From Marsupella aquatica (lineage: Eukaryota; Plantae; Marchantiophyta), in assembly GCA_973895155.1 (NCBI GenBank), contig OZ316898.1:13918330-13982329 (forward strand): a stretch of DNA of 64,000 nucleotides. Reading direction: 5' to 3'. Position numbers and translations under genes: made by a program. A model generated the notes under the pieces. That model did no database searches. It worked only from the letters and a program-made list of their open reading frames with translations, and was not told where the DNA came from. This document shows positions 1 to 11,324 of this stretch, one piece after another. How positions within the stretch are numbered: the first letter of the stretch is position 1; each line of letters starts with the position of its first letter.

Positions 1-648
1 AATATGATCATAAAAATACTCCTATCTTCCTGGATTATTTCAAAGTCTGGCAAAAAAGCTTACTACTAGACAGATGTATTCTTGGTGAATTCAGTCATGA
101 ACTATTTTGTCATTATTTTCTGGCCAGGGCAGTGGCTGAGGCACACTAGTACCCACCGCTGGAGATATTAATTCATATACAATAGAGTGCTGAAACTTGA
201 GCACGTTGTAGCCTCCGTGGTAGCACCAACAAAATTTTCTGACAAAAGTGTCTGGTCACAACGCAAAGTGGCGGGCCAATGGAACCTGGCCATCTGAGTG
301 TGGATGTTGTGAGCTGCCTGCATGGCGCATGAGCCCATCAAATTGATGATGAAGTCTCTCAAAGATATGAATGGCAAGGGGGTGGGGGTGGGGGAAGCTA
401 TGTGATAAGGCTTGTGCTACATATTTTGCCTCTTTGGTCATTGCTGCTAAGGACATTTGGAATTTTGTACTCTTTAGATATATGACAAGTTATTTTAAAA
501 TTCCAGAAAGCAATAAATAAATATATTCATTTATATTAAGCTTTTGATTTGTACACACATAGATCAGGGGTTTAGTTACTCTTAGTGGGACCTCAACATT
601 ATTTTGTACTTAATGGGTCAAATATAATGAGCAAAGACCCCTAGTCTT

Positions 649-911
649 GGGGGTTTCACTCCACAATTTGGCACATTGTGTGCAGCAAAGCATTTTATAG
701 TTGTAAAGGAATACTTTAAAACATTGGAAGACAATTAGGGTCTTTTAAACCCAATTTGAGACCTATTAGAACATTAGGGTCTTTGTAATCAATATTTTGG
801 AAAATTCTGATATTCCAAGAATTTTTTTACTTGCTAGGGGTAATAAATAATTATTTTGCTTACATTTTAGGGGGTCCCGGGCCAAAAAACCATTGCATAA
901 AGTGAGACCCC
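649..911. mobile_element. MITE-like dispersed repeat, copy 1 of 4
   Basis: Ends GGGGGTTTCACT...AGTGAGACCCC (imperfect TIR); the internal TTAGGGTCTTTTAAA.CCAATTT blocks recur near 49.4, 50.0 and 57.9 kb. Confidence 0.6.
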
Positions 912-950
912 AAATCCCCCTCTTCAGTCCTCTTCCCTCACTTCAGTCCT

Positions 951-1128
951 CTTTGTCCCTCATTTCTTCAATATTCTGCTTAACATGTCCTCAGTAACTT
1001 TGTTAACACCACTTCTTTGTCCCTCATTTCTTCAATACTCTGCTTAAAATGTCCTCAGTAACTTTGTTAACACCACTTCTTTGTCCCTCATTTCTTCAAT
1101 ATTCTGCTTAACATGTCCTCAGTAGCTT
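951..1128. repeat. Tandem repeat, ~64-bp unit x2.8
   Basis: CTTTGTCCCTCATTTCTTCAATA.TCTGCTTAA.ATGTCCTCAGTA starts at 951, 1015 and 1079. Confidence 0.9.
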
Positions 1129-2435
1129 TTGAGTTGGATACATCTCATTGGCTTGTTGTGTAACCAATAGGGGTCTCAAACCTCAAACACAGCCTTGATA
1201 ACTTATGAGCATAACAAGTTATAGACTGTCTGCAAAATTCACAATCCACAACTTTTGCCATAATGGAATCATGATTGTACATGCCATGACAGAAAATCAT
1301 TTTAAAGGGCCATTCATTGTTAGTAAAGTCTAGTGGAGAAATCAAAAACAAACATATTTACAGAACTGGGAAAAAGGTTACAGCCATTTCTGTATGGCCA
1401 ACAGATATGGTTGGCCAGGAGATTACTATTCATGCATAATAGATGAGGTTGTGCTGAAGATGTACTTGATAAATACATCATGGTGCAAAATATATCTTGA
1501 GTAAAAGATTTTGATTGTTAATAAGATCTCATCGCATCAAAATTGTTGTTGTCAAGTGAAAGATGTCATGACGCAAAAGAGACTACAATCCCCCACCCAA
1601 ATATGACAAAGTGTGTGGGTTTTCTCTTCATTTTTATCATTTTTAATTTTTTTCCCTTTCAAACTTAAACTTTAAAGTGGTTTCCCCTCTCTATTTTTCA
1701 CTGTTTTTTGGTCCCCTCTTTCTCTCATTGATTATGCTATGCACTACCTTATTGATAACATGACTGTGTAATTAAACTTCTATCATTATTACATAGGACC
1801 CCGGCATAGGACTATCATGCAATACAATTATATGGTCATGTCACGTCTTGGTTAATGTTCTGGTTAAACGTATGGCTGACATAGATTTTGCACGTGGTAT
1901 AAAGGACTGCTCAAGTTTCAAAAACATCCAGCTCATAAGCTATGTCTAGCTCCAAAAACCGGGCCAAGAATTAAAACCTATAATATATATACAAGGTCCT
2001 GCCATGTTTTAGAGTGGTAGTTATTAAAAATCTAATGTTTGCAGTGCCAAAACTAATCAGTCTGTGAGAAAGCAACAAACAAAATCTAAGAATGTATGTA
2101 GAAACCGGATAGAGATAAGATGAAGGAATCCAGGAAATGGAGGATTGGGTACTAATCAGTCTATTCATTAAAACTGGAAAATTCTTTGATCTTTGGACAT
2201 TTAGGCACCAAAAAATATATATTTGGGCACAAGAATTGTACATTTGGGCAATGGGAGTTGTACATTTGGGCACCAGATGTTGTACATTTGGGGGATCAAG
2301 ATTGTACATAGGAGAAAATGAAATAATAATTTGGATTCTAAAGAAAAACATTTGGGTGATAATAATGTAAAATATGTTGGATAAGAAGTAGAACTTACTT
2401 ACATTGATTCAATTTGACTAATAGAATAGAAGTGT

Positions 2436-2576
2436 CTAGTAAAGCTTCAATATGATCTCTAGTACCCATATAACTAGTAAAGCTTCAATATGATCTCTAC
2501 CCATATAACTAGTAAAGCTTCAAATAATATGATCTTTACCCATATAACTAGTAAAGCTTCAATATGATCTCTACCC
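2436..2576. repeat. Tandem repeat, ~35-bp unit x4
   Basis: CTAGTAAAGCTTCAATATGATCTCTACCCATATAA repeated with small indels. Confidence 0.85.
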
Positions 2577-3050
2577 TTAGCTAGCTAAATTAACCTTCTA
2601 TTTAGTTACTAATTGAGAGAATTTAATATATTAAATTTGAATGATACCTAGCTTACTATCCATTCAGACAAGTAATTTGTTACATTCTAAGCAACTCGAG
2701 TTGAAACTAAGGTTTACTACTAGACACTCAGTACTAAGAGGCACTCACATCCTATCATGGATATTAAGACTTCATGTAATATATAGTCTGTATTGATATA
2801 ATAATTAATTAAAGCAATTATAAAGGTATCCAAGTCCAATTACCTCCACCTATTCAAACTAGTATCCCAAAATATTATAATAATTAGTTACTTAAATAGA
2901 TATACTTAGTACTAACCAACAGTAAGTACTAAAGACATGTCTGATTCCAAACTAATTGACATAGACACCCTCACTCTGACATGTATAATTCCAAACTGAA
3001 TGACATAGACTCCCTCACTCTGACAGAGTGACTACTAAAAAACATTTGAC

Positions 3051-6000
3051 TTACTCAACAATCCCTTCCATGTAGGTTTTGAGTGTTTTCAAAACATTTT
3101 TGGGAATGGTCAAACCTCTATCAATTATATTTTCTTCTCTAGAGCGTGACTTGAATCCATACATAGCAGAATTAGCAAATTGTCAACGTTCAGTGGCACT
3201 GTCAAACCCGGGATCCACCTCCCAAGTCTTAGTGGTCTGAAAGCAATGTGAATATCGCACATGATTCAGTGCATCATGCTTACCATGTTTAGGCCTCCAC
3301 CATTGCACTTGGAACATAGGAGCATACCGTGTACTAGTAGGAGAATTCTCATTGCATTGCAAGTCTCCTGAAGGAACTTCATGGTTTGGGTCCACAACAC
3401 CCAAAGCTCTCACCAACTAGAAACGTTCTTTCCCATTCTTCTTTTCCCATTCATCCTCTGGACGGAGAAATACAAAGTGACCCTCTTGAATGTCTTGCAG
3501 AGGAATCCAACGTGCAAGTTCTTGCTTGTATCTAGCGGCAACAAATGTTGCAGCTTGATCCTCCATCTCTTCCAGGTACTCATTCTGAAGCTCCACCATT
3601 TGTGGATTCTATGTACTACTAGTAGGCTCCCCCAATGGTTCAGAGGTTCCTGTACTATTAACCTTGTAACCAGTTCCGTGGTTGGTTTTTGGCCAGAATT
3701 CATATGTCAATGCTAACTGTATTTCTGCCTCTCCTTCAATTGTAAGCTCCCCAGATAATACTTGCACCACCATCTCCCAATATTTCACCAAAGGAAACCG
3801 CTCACGATATGTTGTAGAGGTCTCATCCTTACAACTCTTCTTCAAAAACTCAATGTAACGATTAAGGAATGGGATGATTTCTTCAACCTTGCCTCGTACA
3901 TCCCCGGAGATGGGTTTTGCAAATGGTTGACCTTCTGGTAAAATGAGAGCATTGGTGCTGGAATCAGTTCTCCAAATGGACCTTCCGGTTGGAGGGTACC
4001 AAGGTTGTTTCACATGTGCTTTGTATTGATATATTGGAACATTATCTCTCATAGAGAAAAGAAATGCCACTGGTTTTGAGTGACCCTCTATGTCTTTTAC
4101 CTTGAAAGTTTTCAAAAACTCTTTGTAAGCTGCAACCTCTTGGATCAACCGTGGGATAGGATGAATGCTTTCACACTCCCAAACCTCAGCCATCAACCCC
4201 AAGAGGGTAGAAACCTCCTTGTACTTCACTTGGTTGGATACTTTCGAAAACAATGCATCAACATCCTCATGGGTGTGACCAACCATGAGAAACGACATCT
4301 GCACTGTTTCAAAAACCCCTCTACTAACAAGCTCACTGCAAAATGCCATCATGTACTGGTTTTTGTTATCTTTCCCTGAATTATCCATTTGCAAGGTCAG
4401 GTGCCTTGGCAATGGTTTGAAAGAGGTAGACGTAGCCTTGGGATCAACACCAAAGTCGTCTTGGTCATCTTCAGCTCCTTGAAATCTAGCAATTGAGACT
4501 TTTTTGGGTTCTAAGTAACCTGTGAGAAATGCTTCAAAGTCCAAAAGAGATTGAAAAATCAGCCTCGTTGCAGCCCAATATAATCCTTCAAGGAGGTCTC
4601 CAGATTTGTCCCCCTTGTAATCCTCCAGATCTCTAAGGCACTTGGCCAATGATGTCACTGTGAAGTCTGCATCTCCCGGCCAAAGCCCAGTGAAACTGAA
4701 GTGAGCATACACTCCGGGATCCCTTCCATGGGTCAACATCCCAGTGAGCGCAATGGGGAGCGGTTGACCACTACCAGACAATGATTTAGGAGTGGGGACC
4801 AACCTAGGGATCCATGTCTTGGCCTGGTCCATCTTGTCATGTATAATGCAAAGATAGTTCTCAGGATCCTTCTTCGCAAGAACCCTATGAGCATAGTAAA
4901 CATATCTCCTAGACATTTGCTCACGAAGATGGCGAGCTCTTCTTTCCTCAATCTCTAAACGCTCTTTCTTTCTCTTCTCCCGCATCAACTGATCTTTGAA
5001 CTCAGTGCAAAGTGTACACTTTGCAAATGCACTTCCCTTGTGAAAGTCAAAATTCATGAAGGACTCACTCCAGAGTTTATACATAGTGTTTTCACTCACC
5101 TTCACGTAGCCATCTAATTCCATTTTTGAATATACCTCTTCAAAAATCTCTTTCTTCGTGAAACAAAATGGAAGTCTGTACTCAACCGTGTCAGTCCCGT
5201 GAGACCCTCCATAGGGAAGATGCGACATGGGTTCTGCGTTTTGGGTTAGAATGGACTCCAACAAAGCACGAGCATGCAAGGTGCTTCCCCGTGTCTTGTG
5301 TGAACCCTTGTTTCCGTGGAATCCAACCGTGCAACTTGCTTCATATTGATTTTTGTAATCATAATACTTGGCACTGCTGAATCCATGCATTTTAATAAAT
5401 GCACCCTTGCAAACAAGTCTACTTCCTACAACAAAATATCCTTTTGTCTCCACTTCCTTCTCCCTACAGCCAAAAAGAGTGAGAATGTGACTGGTTTTGT
5501 TGTCGCTTGACATCCCATGGTATTCCCTCCTTTCGCCTGCAGGTCTTCTCTCGGCATGCTGAGGCAACACTACAACTTACAACAACCTTCTCTTTGGATG
5601 GAGTCGATTTCCTCCTCTGTGATTTTCAGTATCGCCCGAGACTCCAAGTGCTTCTTCCTTTTTTCATATGGGTTGACCTTCGTTCTCTTGATGTAATTAT
5701 ACGCGCGCTCCAAAAACTCAGTGTCACCTTTCATATCTACCTCTAGATGATCTCGACCATCAATAATTGGTTTTAGAGAAACCTCTTCAATGAGATCCAG
5801 AAGAAAAATACCCCTTGATATCAACAGAAGTGAACGGACGGCCCACTTAACAAGACCAGGCACTCCTGGGGAGATATTTGGGAAAAATAGAGGGTCAATC
5901 ACGCGTGTGATAGCAAGCCCAACGTGATCTGGTCCAAGAACATCATCATCAATTGCACCTGACTCGAAAGGAACTGTGATGATGCCAACCCCCACTTTGG

Positions 6001-6102
6001 TCCGATTATCCTCAGCATACAATTCCACCTCCTCGGTCATCCAATTAGAACGCAAACTATAATCCTTGAAATTATAATTTGAAAAAACATCCTGTGTGGA
6101 CA
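3051..6102 (-). pseudogene. Sola-like (DUF7869-type) DDE transposase, central and 3' part, disrupted
   Basis: ORFs 5570-6127, 3609-5570, 3417-3599 and 3183-3416 form one gene broken by stops and frameshifts. Motifs: CTLC, IIHDKMDQ, LQMDNSGKDNKN, FLMVGHTHEDVDALFS. The frame continues across the GGTCG TSD into 30236-30872. Confidence 0.75.
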
Positions 6103-6107
6103 GGTCG

Positions 6108-7752
6108 TGTGACGGGGTCCCCGTCACTCGAAATCACAAATAATGGGTTGCAGAGGGGTGTGCCTTGTTAATAGCCACTGTAAATAAGCCGTTTTTAAAT
6201 TTTTTTAGTTAATTCTGCCATTATAGGTTGATGATGCCCCGGGTGACTTTATATTCTTTCTCTCATAACAGTTCTAAGATTTGCGCCGACCTAAGCGGGC
6301 AAATATTTTGGGACCTTAAAAAGTGCTAGGGCCAACCCCATAGGACTTACCATTTTGCTTGAGCTATCGTTGCGACCCCCTTGTAAAAAGAGGAATAAAA
6401 GGGAGCTTTGGGGGGGAATTAAAATTCCCCATTAAGGGGCACCGCGAGTACTAGTGAGGAGGCCGGGGATAAAGGAGGCTGCGGGGGGGGGAATTAAATG
6501 CCCTTATGGTGGCCTGGCATGGGGCGAGCCGAGCGCGCCCCGCGAGTGACCAGGTGGCGCCCGGAAAACCTAGACCCTTGCATAGGGAGGCACGCCGCGC
6601 GAGCCAGAGCTAGGGGGTACCGCGAGCCGGGAGGAGCCCACGAGTGGGCAAGCCCAGGTGGTGCTACCGGGGCGCGAGGCAAGTCGGGGCGCAGCGCAGC
6701 CGGGCCGCAGCCGGTGCCAGGAGGAAAGGGTCGCAGAAGGGGGAAAGCTCCCATGAGCCGGGCCCAAAGGAGGGGTGAGTCAGGTGGGGGGTATTAAACC
6801 CTTCCGCAAGGAGGGAGCAGGACCGGGCGTGCCCTGCATAGGGCCGCGTGCATCTGGGGTCCGCGAGTTGGAGGAGGAGGAGGGCTATCCAGTGGTGAAC
6901 TCAGAAGTGCAAGTGGAAGGGCACCTAGTTTCGGCCATTGTGGGGTTCCTTGCAATTTCACGGTTCACGGAGTAATGTTGGGGCGCCGTCGAAGGCACCA
7001 TCGGCCCCATTGTTAGTTTAGGGTTTAGGGTTTTAGAAGCATGTGTGTGCCGCATGCTTTTAGTTTAGGGGTTCCTTAGTGAAGGGTTTAGCGGCGCCGC
7101 TAGGGTAGCCGCCATCCTTGTGACCCCGTGAGGGGTGCTTTGGTGTGTTGTTTTGAGTATTTAGGGGGAAAGCCCCGTAGTAGTGAGGGGTAGTGAGGGG
7201 GGAACTCAGTCTAGTGGTTGCTTAGGGAAGTTAGCTCAGAGCCAGAAGGGGCAATCAAGCCAGAGTAGCGAGGTAGAGGTGTAGCACTTGCCCTAGTGAG
7301 GCAGTAGTTGGGCAGACGGCAAGAGGCCCGGTTGTCCTTGCAATGTGTTACGACATTTTGCCAAAAGATATGGATTTGGTTTGATTCCTCAAGTTTTGGT
7401 GTGGCGTTTTGGTGTGTGCTGGTTCACGATTGTGTTCTTTCCCCAAGAAGTGTCTAAAGAATACTTGCACAGATTGCTCGACCATGTGAGTAGGGGGGAT
7501 GGTGACAGCACTCCTCCAGCGACCAATAGGAGTGTGTGTGTGGCGTAGTCCATGGGACTTGATCAAAAGCAACAGGACTAGTCGGTAGACTTGATCAAAA
7601 ACTACATTTCTGGGAGCGGAAATAAACATACTCATCCTACATGCAATAGAATCCTAATAGCGTCCCTCCACGTTCCTATCATACGATAACAAACGATTTT
7701 AGTAGGAGTAAATACATATTTGTCGTGTAAATCGTTTGATAAGCAGGTGACA
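6108..7752 (+). repeat. 5' LTR (1645 bp, internally deleted)
   Basis: Starts TGTGACGGGG, ends GGTGACA; colinear with 25926-26671 plus 29379-30235. Confidence 0.93.
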
Positions 7753-7771
7753 TAAGTGTGGTCCTTGTTTT

Positions 7772-7790
7772 TGGCGCCGCTGCCGGGGAA
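7772..7790 (+). promoter_or_regulatory. Primer binding site, tRNA-Asp type
   Basis: TGGCGCCGCTGCCGGGGAA resembles the Athila-type PBS TGGCGCCGTTGCCGGGGA; lies 19 nt downstream of the LTR end. Confidence 0.75.
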
Positions 7791-8010
7791 CCTTCTCCTT
7801 GTTTGGTTGCAGGAGGAGGGGAGCTACGTCTATTTGGAGTTCAAGCGTATCAACCACAATGCAGCTTGCGATGGTTGATACGTGAGAAGTTTTTTCTTGG
7901 TTACTCTGTTATTTTACGTCAACCACAATGCAACTTGCGACGGTTGATGTTTGAGGAAGATTTATTGGTGATATTGTTTTTCATGAGCTTGGCATGCAGG
8001 TCTCAATGGG

Positions 8011-8612
8011 ATGCCGAGAGGAAGAAGGGGAGGAAGAGCAAGCTCCCAACACTCACGTACGCCTGAGCTAAACCGAGTGCCCTCTTGGGTTGCGGCCGAA
8101 GAACGATTACGGCTTGCAGAAGAGAGGAGGTTGCCACGGGAGCTGGAAGAACAAGTTGGTGTGCTGCAAGAAGGGTCTGAACACAACAAGGCCATACACC
8201 CCGATGAAGAGCCAGACATAGATCACGTGCTAGAAGAAGGGGAGCCCTTTGTGTTGGTGCAGTCTGAGTTACGGCCAAATCTGATCCCAAAGCTCACTGC
8301 ATTGCCACAAATCATCTCACACCTATCAGCATTGCCGTTACCGGTAGCCCAACGTACGCCATTACCGCCTGTGTTGATACGGGGACCAGCTGCACCAATG
8401 GCAGCTGCTCAACGTACCCGTGTTCAGTACGTACCCTTCAAGGGAAGACCAAAAGATGACCCAGACGAATGGATCAAAGAATTTGAAGGGATTGCTGAAG
8501 CCAATGGAGAATCTGCCCACAAGCTCACTATCATTCCTGGAATGATGAGGGGGGAGGCAGGCCCATGGTTCATCTCGTTGCTACCCAACGTGAAAGCTGA
8601 TTGGGCTTTGTT
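8011..8612 (+). pseudogene. gag: gag, 5' part (interrupted by CACTA)
   Basis: FKGRPKDDPDEWIKEFE...W capsid-like motif; removing the CACTA and one GTT restores DWALF-KQSFLKEF in frame with 18304. Confidence 0.85.
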
Positions 8613-8629
8613 CACTACAACACTACCGA

Positions 8630-9045
8630 CCCCTTTTGCGAACCCCGTCCCATCGCAACTAACAAAGGACCAAATTATGAAATTCTGGCGTTTGCGAAAT
8701 GCTACGCATCGCAACCCTTTCGCATTCTTTGAAACCCACAGCTTCGCAATTGGACTTTCGCAACCCCTTCGCAACACCTTCGCACACTACGAAACTTATT
8801 TTATCGCACATAAATCACATTTATGCGATCTCGACAGACTCTTTATCGGTTTGCGACGCGCTCTGAACTATAACTTATTTGCGAAGCTGTTGTCTTCACA
8901 ATTCCGTTGCCATCCATATGGTATCGCATAACTGCGTCAGTCAGGGTGTCGCACAATTGCGGAACCAAAAGTATCGCAATGTTCCAATACTCAATGTATG
9001 GCAAGTTTGCGATAGTATGGCGTTCGCATGTGTTTCGCAAGGATA
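8630..9045. repeat. CACTA left subterminal repeat array (WTCGCA/TGCGAW)
   Basis: Dense TTCGCA, ATCGCA and TGCGAA motifs in both orientations. Confidence 0.85.
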
Positions 9046-9257
9046 GTTTGAGGGCTTGGTTTTGTATATTTGGGTTCATAATTGGGTTGGGGTCTTATTG
9101 CTCCACATGAAGATACCAAAGCAAAACTTTATATATGCCAAAAATCCCTGAATGTACAAAAATTAGGGTTTTCTAAAACCCTATGGGGTATCAAATACCA
9201 AGACACTGTCCTTTGACTAATCCATATGCCATACGGAGTGAACTACATCTGCATCCT

Positions 9258-11324
9258 CTAGAATGGAGCCCGCCTACTCCTCTTTGCTGGCCTCTTCCCC
9301 TTGTCCTTCTTGCTTTGGGCGGGACGAGCTGGACGGGAGGGGGGTGGTGGTGGTGGTGGCGGTGGTGGTGGTGCCTGCTGCTCCTCCCCATCTGGCTCAT
9401 CCTCATCATCGTCATCATCCTCATCATCATCCTCCTGGTCTCCTGGTGTGCTAGGTGTGGCAGCACTCCCTGCCCCTCTAGACCCACTCGTGGTGGCCCC
9501 GGTAGTGTCCCCATCATCAGCGCCGCTATCCTCCTCACTGCTATCCTCACTCCCCTCCTGCTCCTCCTTATCCTGCTTCCATGTCACAAGGTTAATTCGG
9601 GTTTAGGGTTAATAGGAAAAATGTATAAACCTTATAAATGGAATGGGTGCGGGTTTAGAAAGGGTACTACAAATCACTCACACTAGCCAACTCTGCATCA
9701 ACCAACTCAAAGAGATGTCTGGCCCCATGCTCTGCCCCTATCTCCATCTCCTTTGTTGCTATCTTGCGGCGGTACCTCTTATACTACCACAAAAAAATGA
9801 AACACCAAAACATAAGGGGCCCGGGTTAGTAACTAAGGGTACTTAAGCAAAAAAGGAATCCTAAAAAGGGTAAAAAGGGTACCCTAACCAGAAAAAAAAC
9901 CCCATTACCCTAACAAACATTTGTCACTCGACACTAAACGTTTTTCAAAATGAAACAAGCTTTGCGAAACTCCCACCTTCGCAAATTCAAATATATTTAA
10001 GTTTGCGAAATAGACTGCGAATTGGATTGCCTTGCAATGGCTTCGCAAACCTTACGGGAAAAAGGTTATAATAGAGTTTGCGAATCAATTGCGAGGCAAC
10101 CCGCTTCGCAATTGTTTCGCAAATTGTGCTTTTAAAAAAATCCGAGAAATGGCTAAGGCACGCAATGTGTCAGGGTGACCTAAAACGAAAGGGGAGGCCA
10201 TAAGGGGTAAAGCAGAGGTCTGCAAGGGGCATTGCAGGCAAGCAAACAACAATTGAAGGCGAAGGAAAAGAAGCAGGGGAGGAGGGGAGAGGACTCACGA
10301 AGGTTGCTTTCAGGCCGGGAAGTCCACCTTGCCCCATCTTGTGTGTGGTCTTGGGGCGTTTGCTGACTCGGTCTGCTGCAAAGATGAACTTCTGGGGTGG
10401 TGTCCCCACTTCATCCACGATGTGCTGCAGCTGAGAGACCTTCTCAGCCAATGCCTTGAGGTCTTTGTCTGACTTCCCGGCCTGAAGTGCCTTGGCCTCC
10501 TTCTCCTTCCAGAATTGGAGGTCCTTGGTTGCTTTCAGCTGCACCTCGACCTTATAGAACGCGTTCCACACATCCTCTGTGAATTGCACTGGCCTCCTCA
10601 CGTTCCTGTACTCCTGCAAGCTTGCCAGGTAGGCCCTCACCTTCCTCCTATCATGGTATCGTGCTTGAGACATTGAATTCGAAATTCTATCTGCAAGCCA
10701 CTGGTCATCAATCTCTGCTCCATTTCTGAATGAATCTTTGACCTGAGTCATTACTTTCCTCTGCTCTGCTCTGCTTAGTTTCCCCCACTCAACACCTCAT
10801 GCAAAGCTAGTCCTCACAGCAAGCCTGATAGTGCTCTTTGCCCCAGTGTAGGCCAACTCAGTAGGAATGCCCTCAACCAAGGCAATCAATGGCAGCTTCT
10901 TCCTCTCTTCCTCCTTTTTCCGCTGCGCCTCACGTTGTGCTTGAATCTCATCTCGTTCCTCCCTTCTCCTCTTCTTTTCGAGGGCTGCAGGAGAGAGTAC
11001 TCCTGCCTTAGCCCTCTCCTCCTTCTTTCGTTTCTTCTCTCTGGCCTTCTCCTCAGCTGCAGCCTTTGCCTCTTTCTCCCTCTGAGCCTGCCCTGCTGCA
11101 ACCCCGGTTTGCAAAGCTTGCCCTAGAATTGCACTCAAAGAAGCAATCCCAACTGGTGTACTCAAATCCAAATGGCTCAGCTGTGTGGCATTGAGATGCT
11201 CGGCCATCAAATTCGTCCATTGATTACTCTCCTCATTCCTGTTCCCTCCATTGCCATTGCCACTCCCACTCCCACTTGCCCCTGCCCCTGCCCCATCCCC
11301 TCCACGCCCTCCACTAGAATCCAT
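9258..11324 (-). pseudogene. CACTA second gene (TnpA/Ptta-like accessory protein), 3 exons, one premature stop
   Basis: Predicted exons 11324-10299, 9783-9682 and 9572-9258 with phase-0 GT-AG introns; in-frame TGA at 10797-10799; THKMGQGG motif; acidic, Pro-rich, basic tail. Confidence 0.65.

Noticed and set aside
6108-6127. Start of ORF 5570-6127 (and the tail of ORF 30162-30464) as real coding sequence
   Set aside because: These parts lie in LTR sequence; the true frame joins across the GGTCG TSD.
7014-7036. TTTAGGG repeats as an interstitial telomere
   Set aside because: Only 2-3 units, present in both LTRs (also near 29510); they are LTR motifs.
8011-8931. 306-aa ORF as a complete gene
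   Set aside because: Chimeric: gag reads into the CACTA left end after 8612.
9183-9686. Plus-strand low-complexity ORFs (poly-W, poly-G/S)
   Set aside because: Antisense shadows of the acidic, Pro-rich last exon of the minus-strand CACTA gene.
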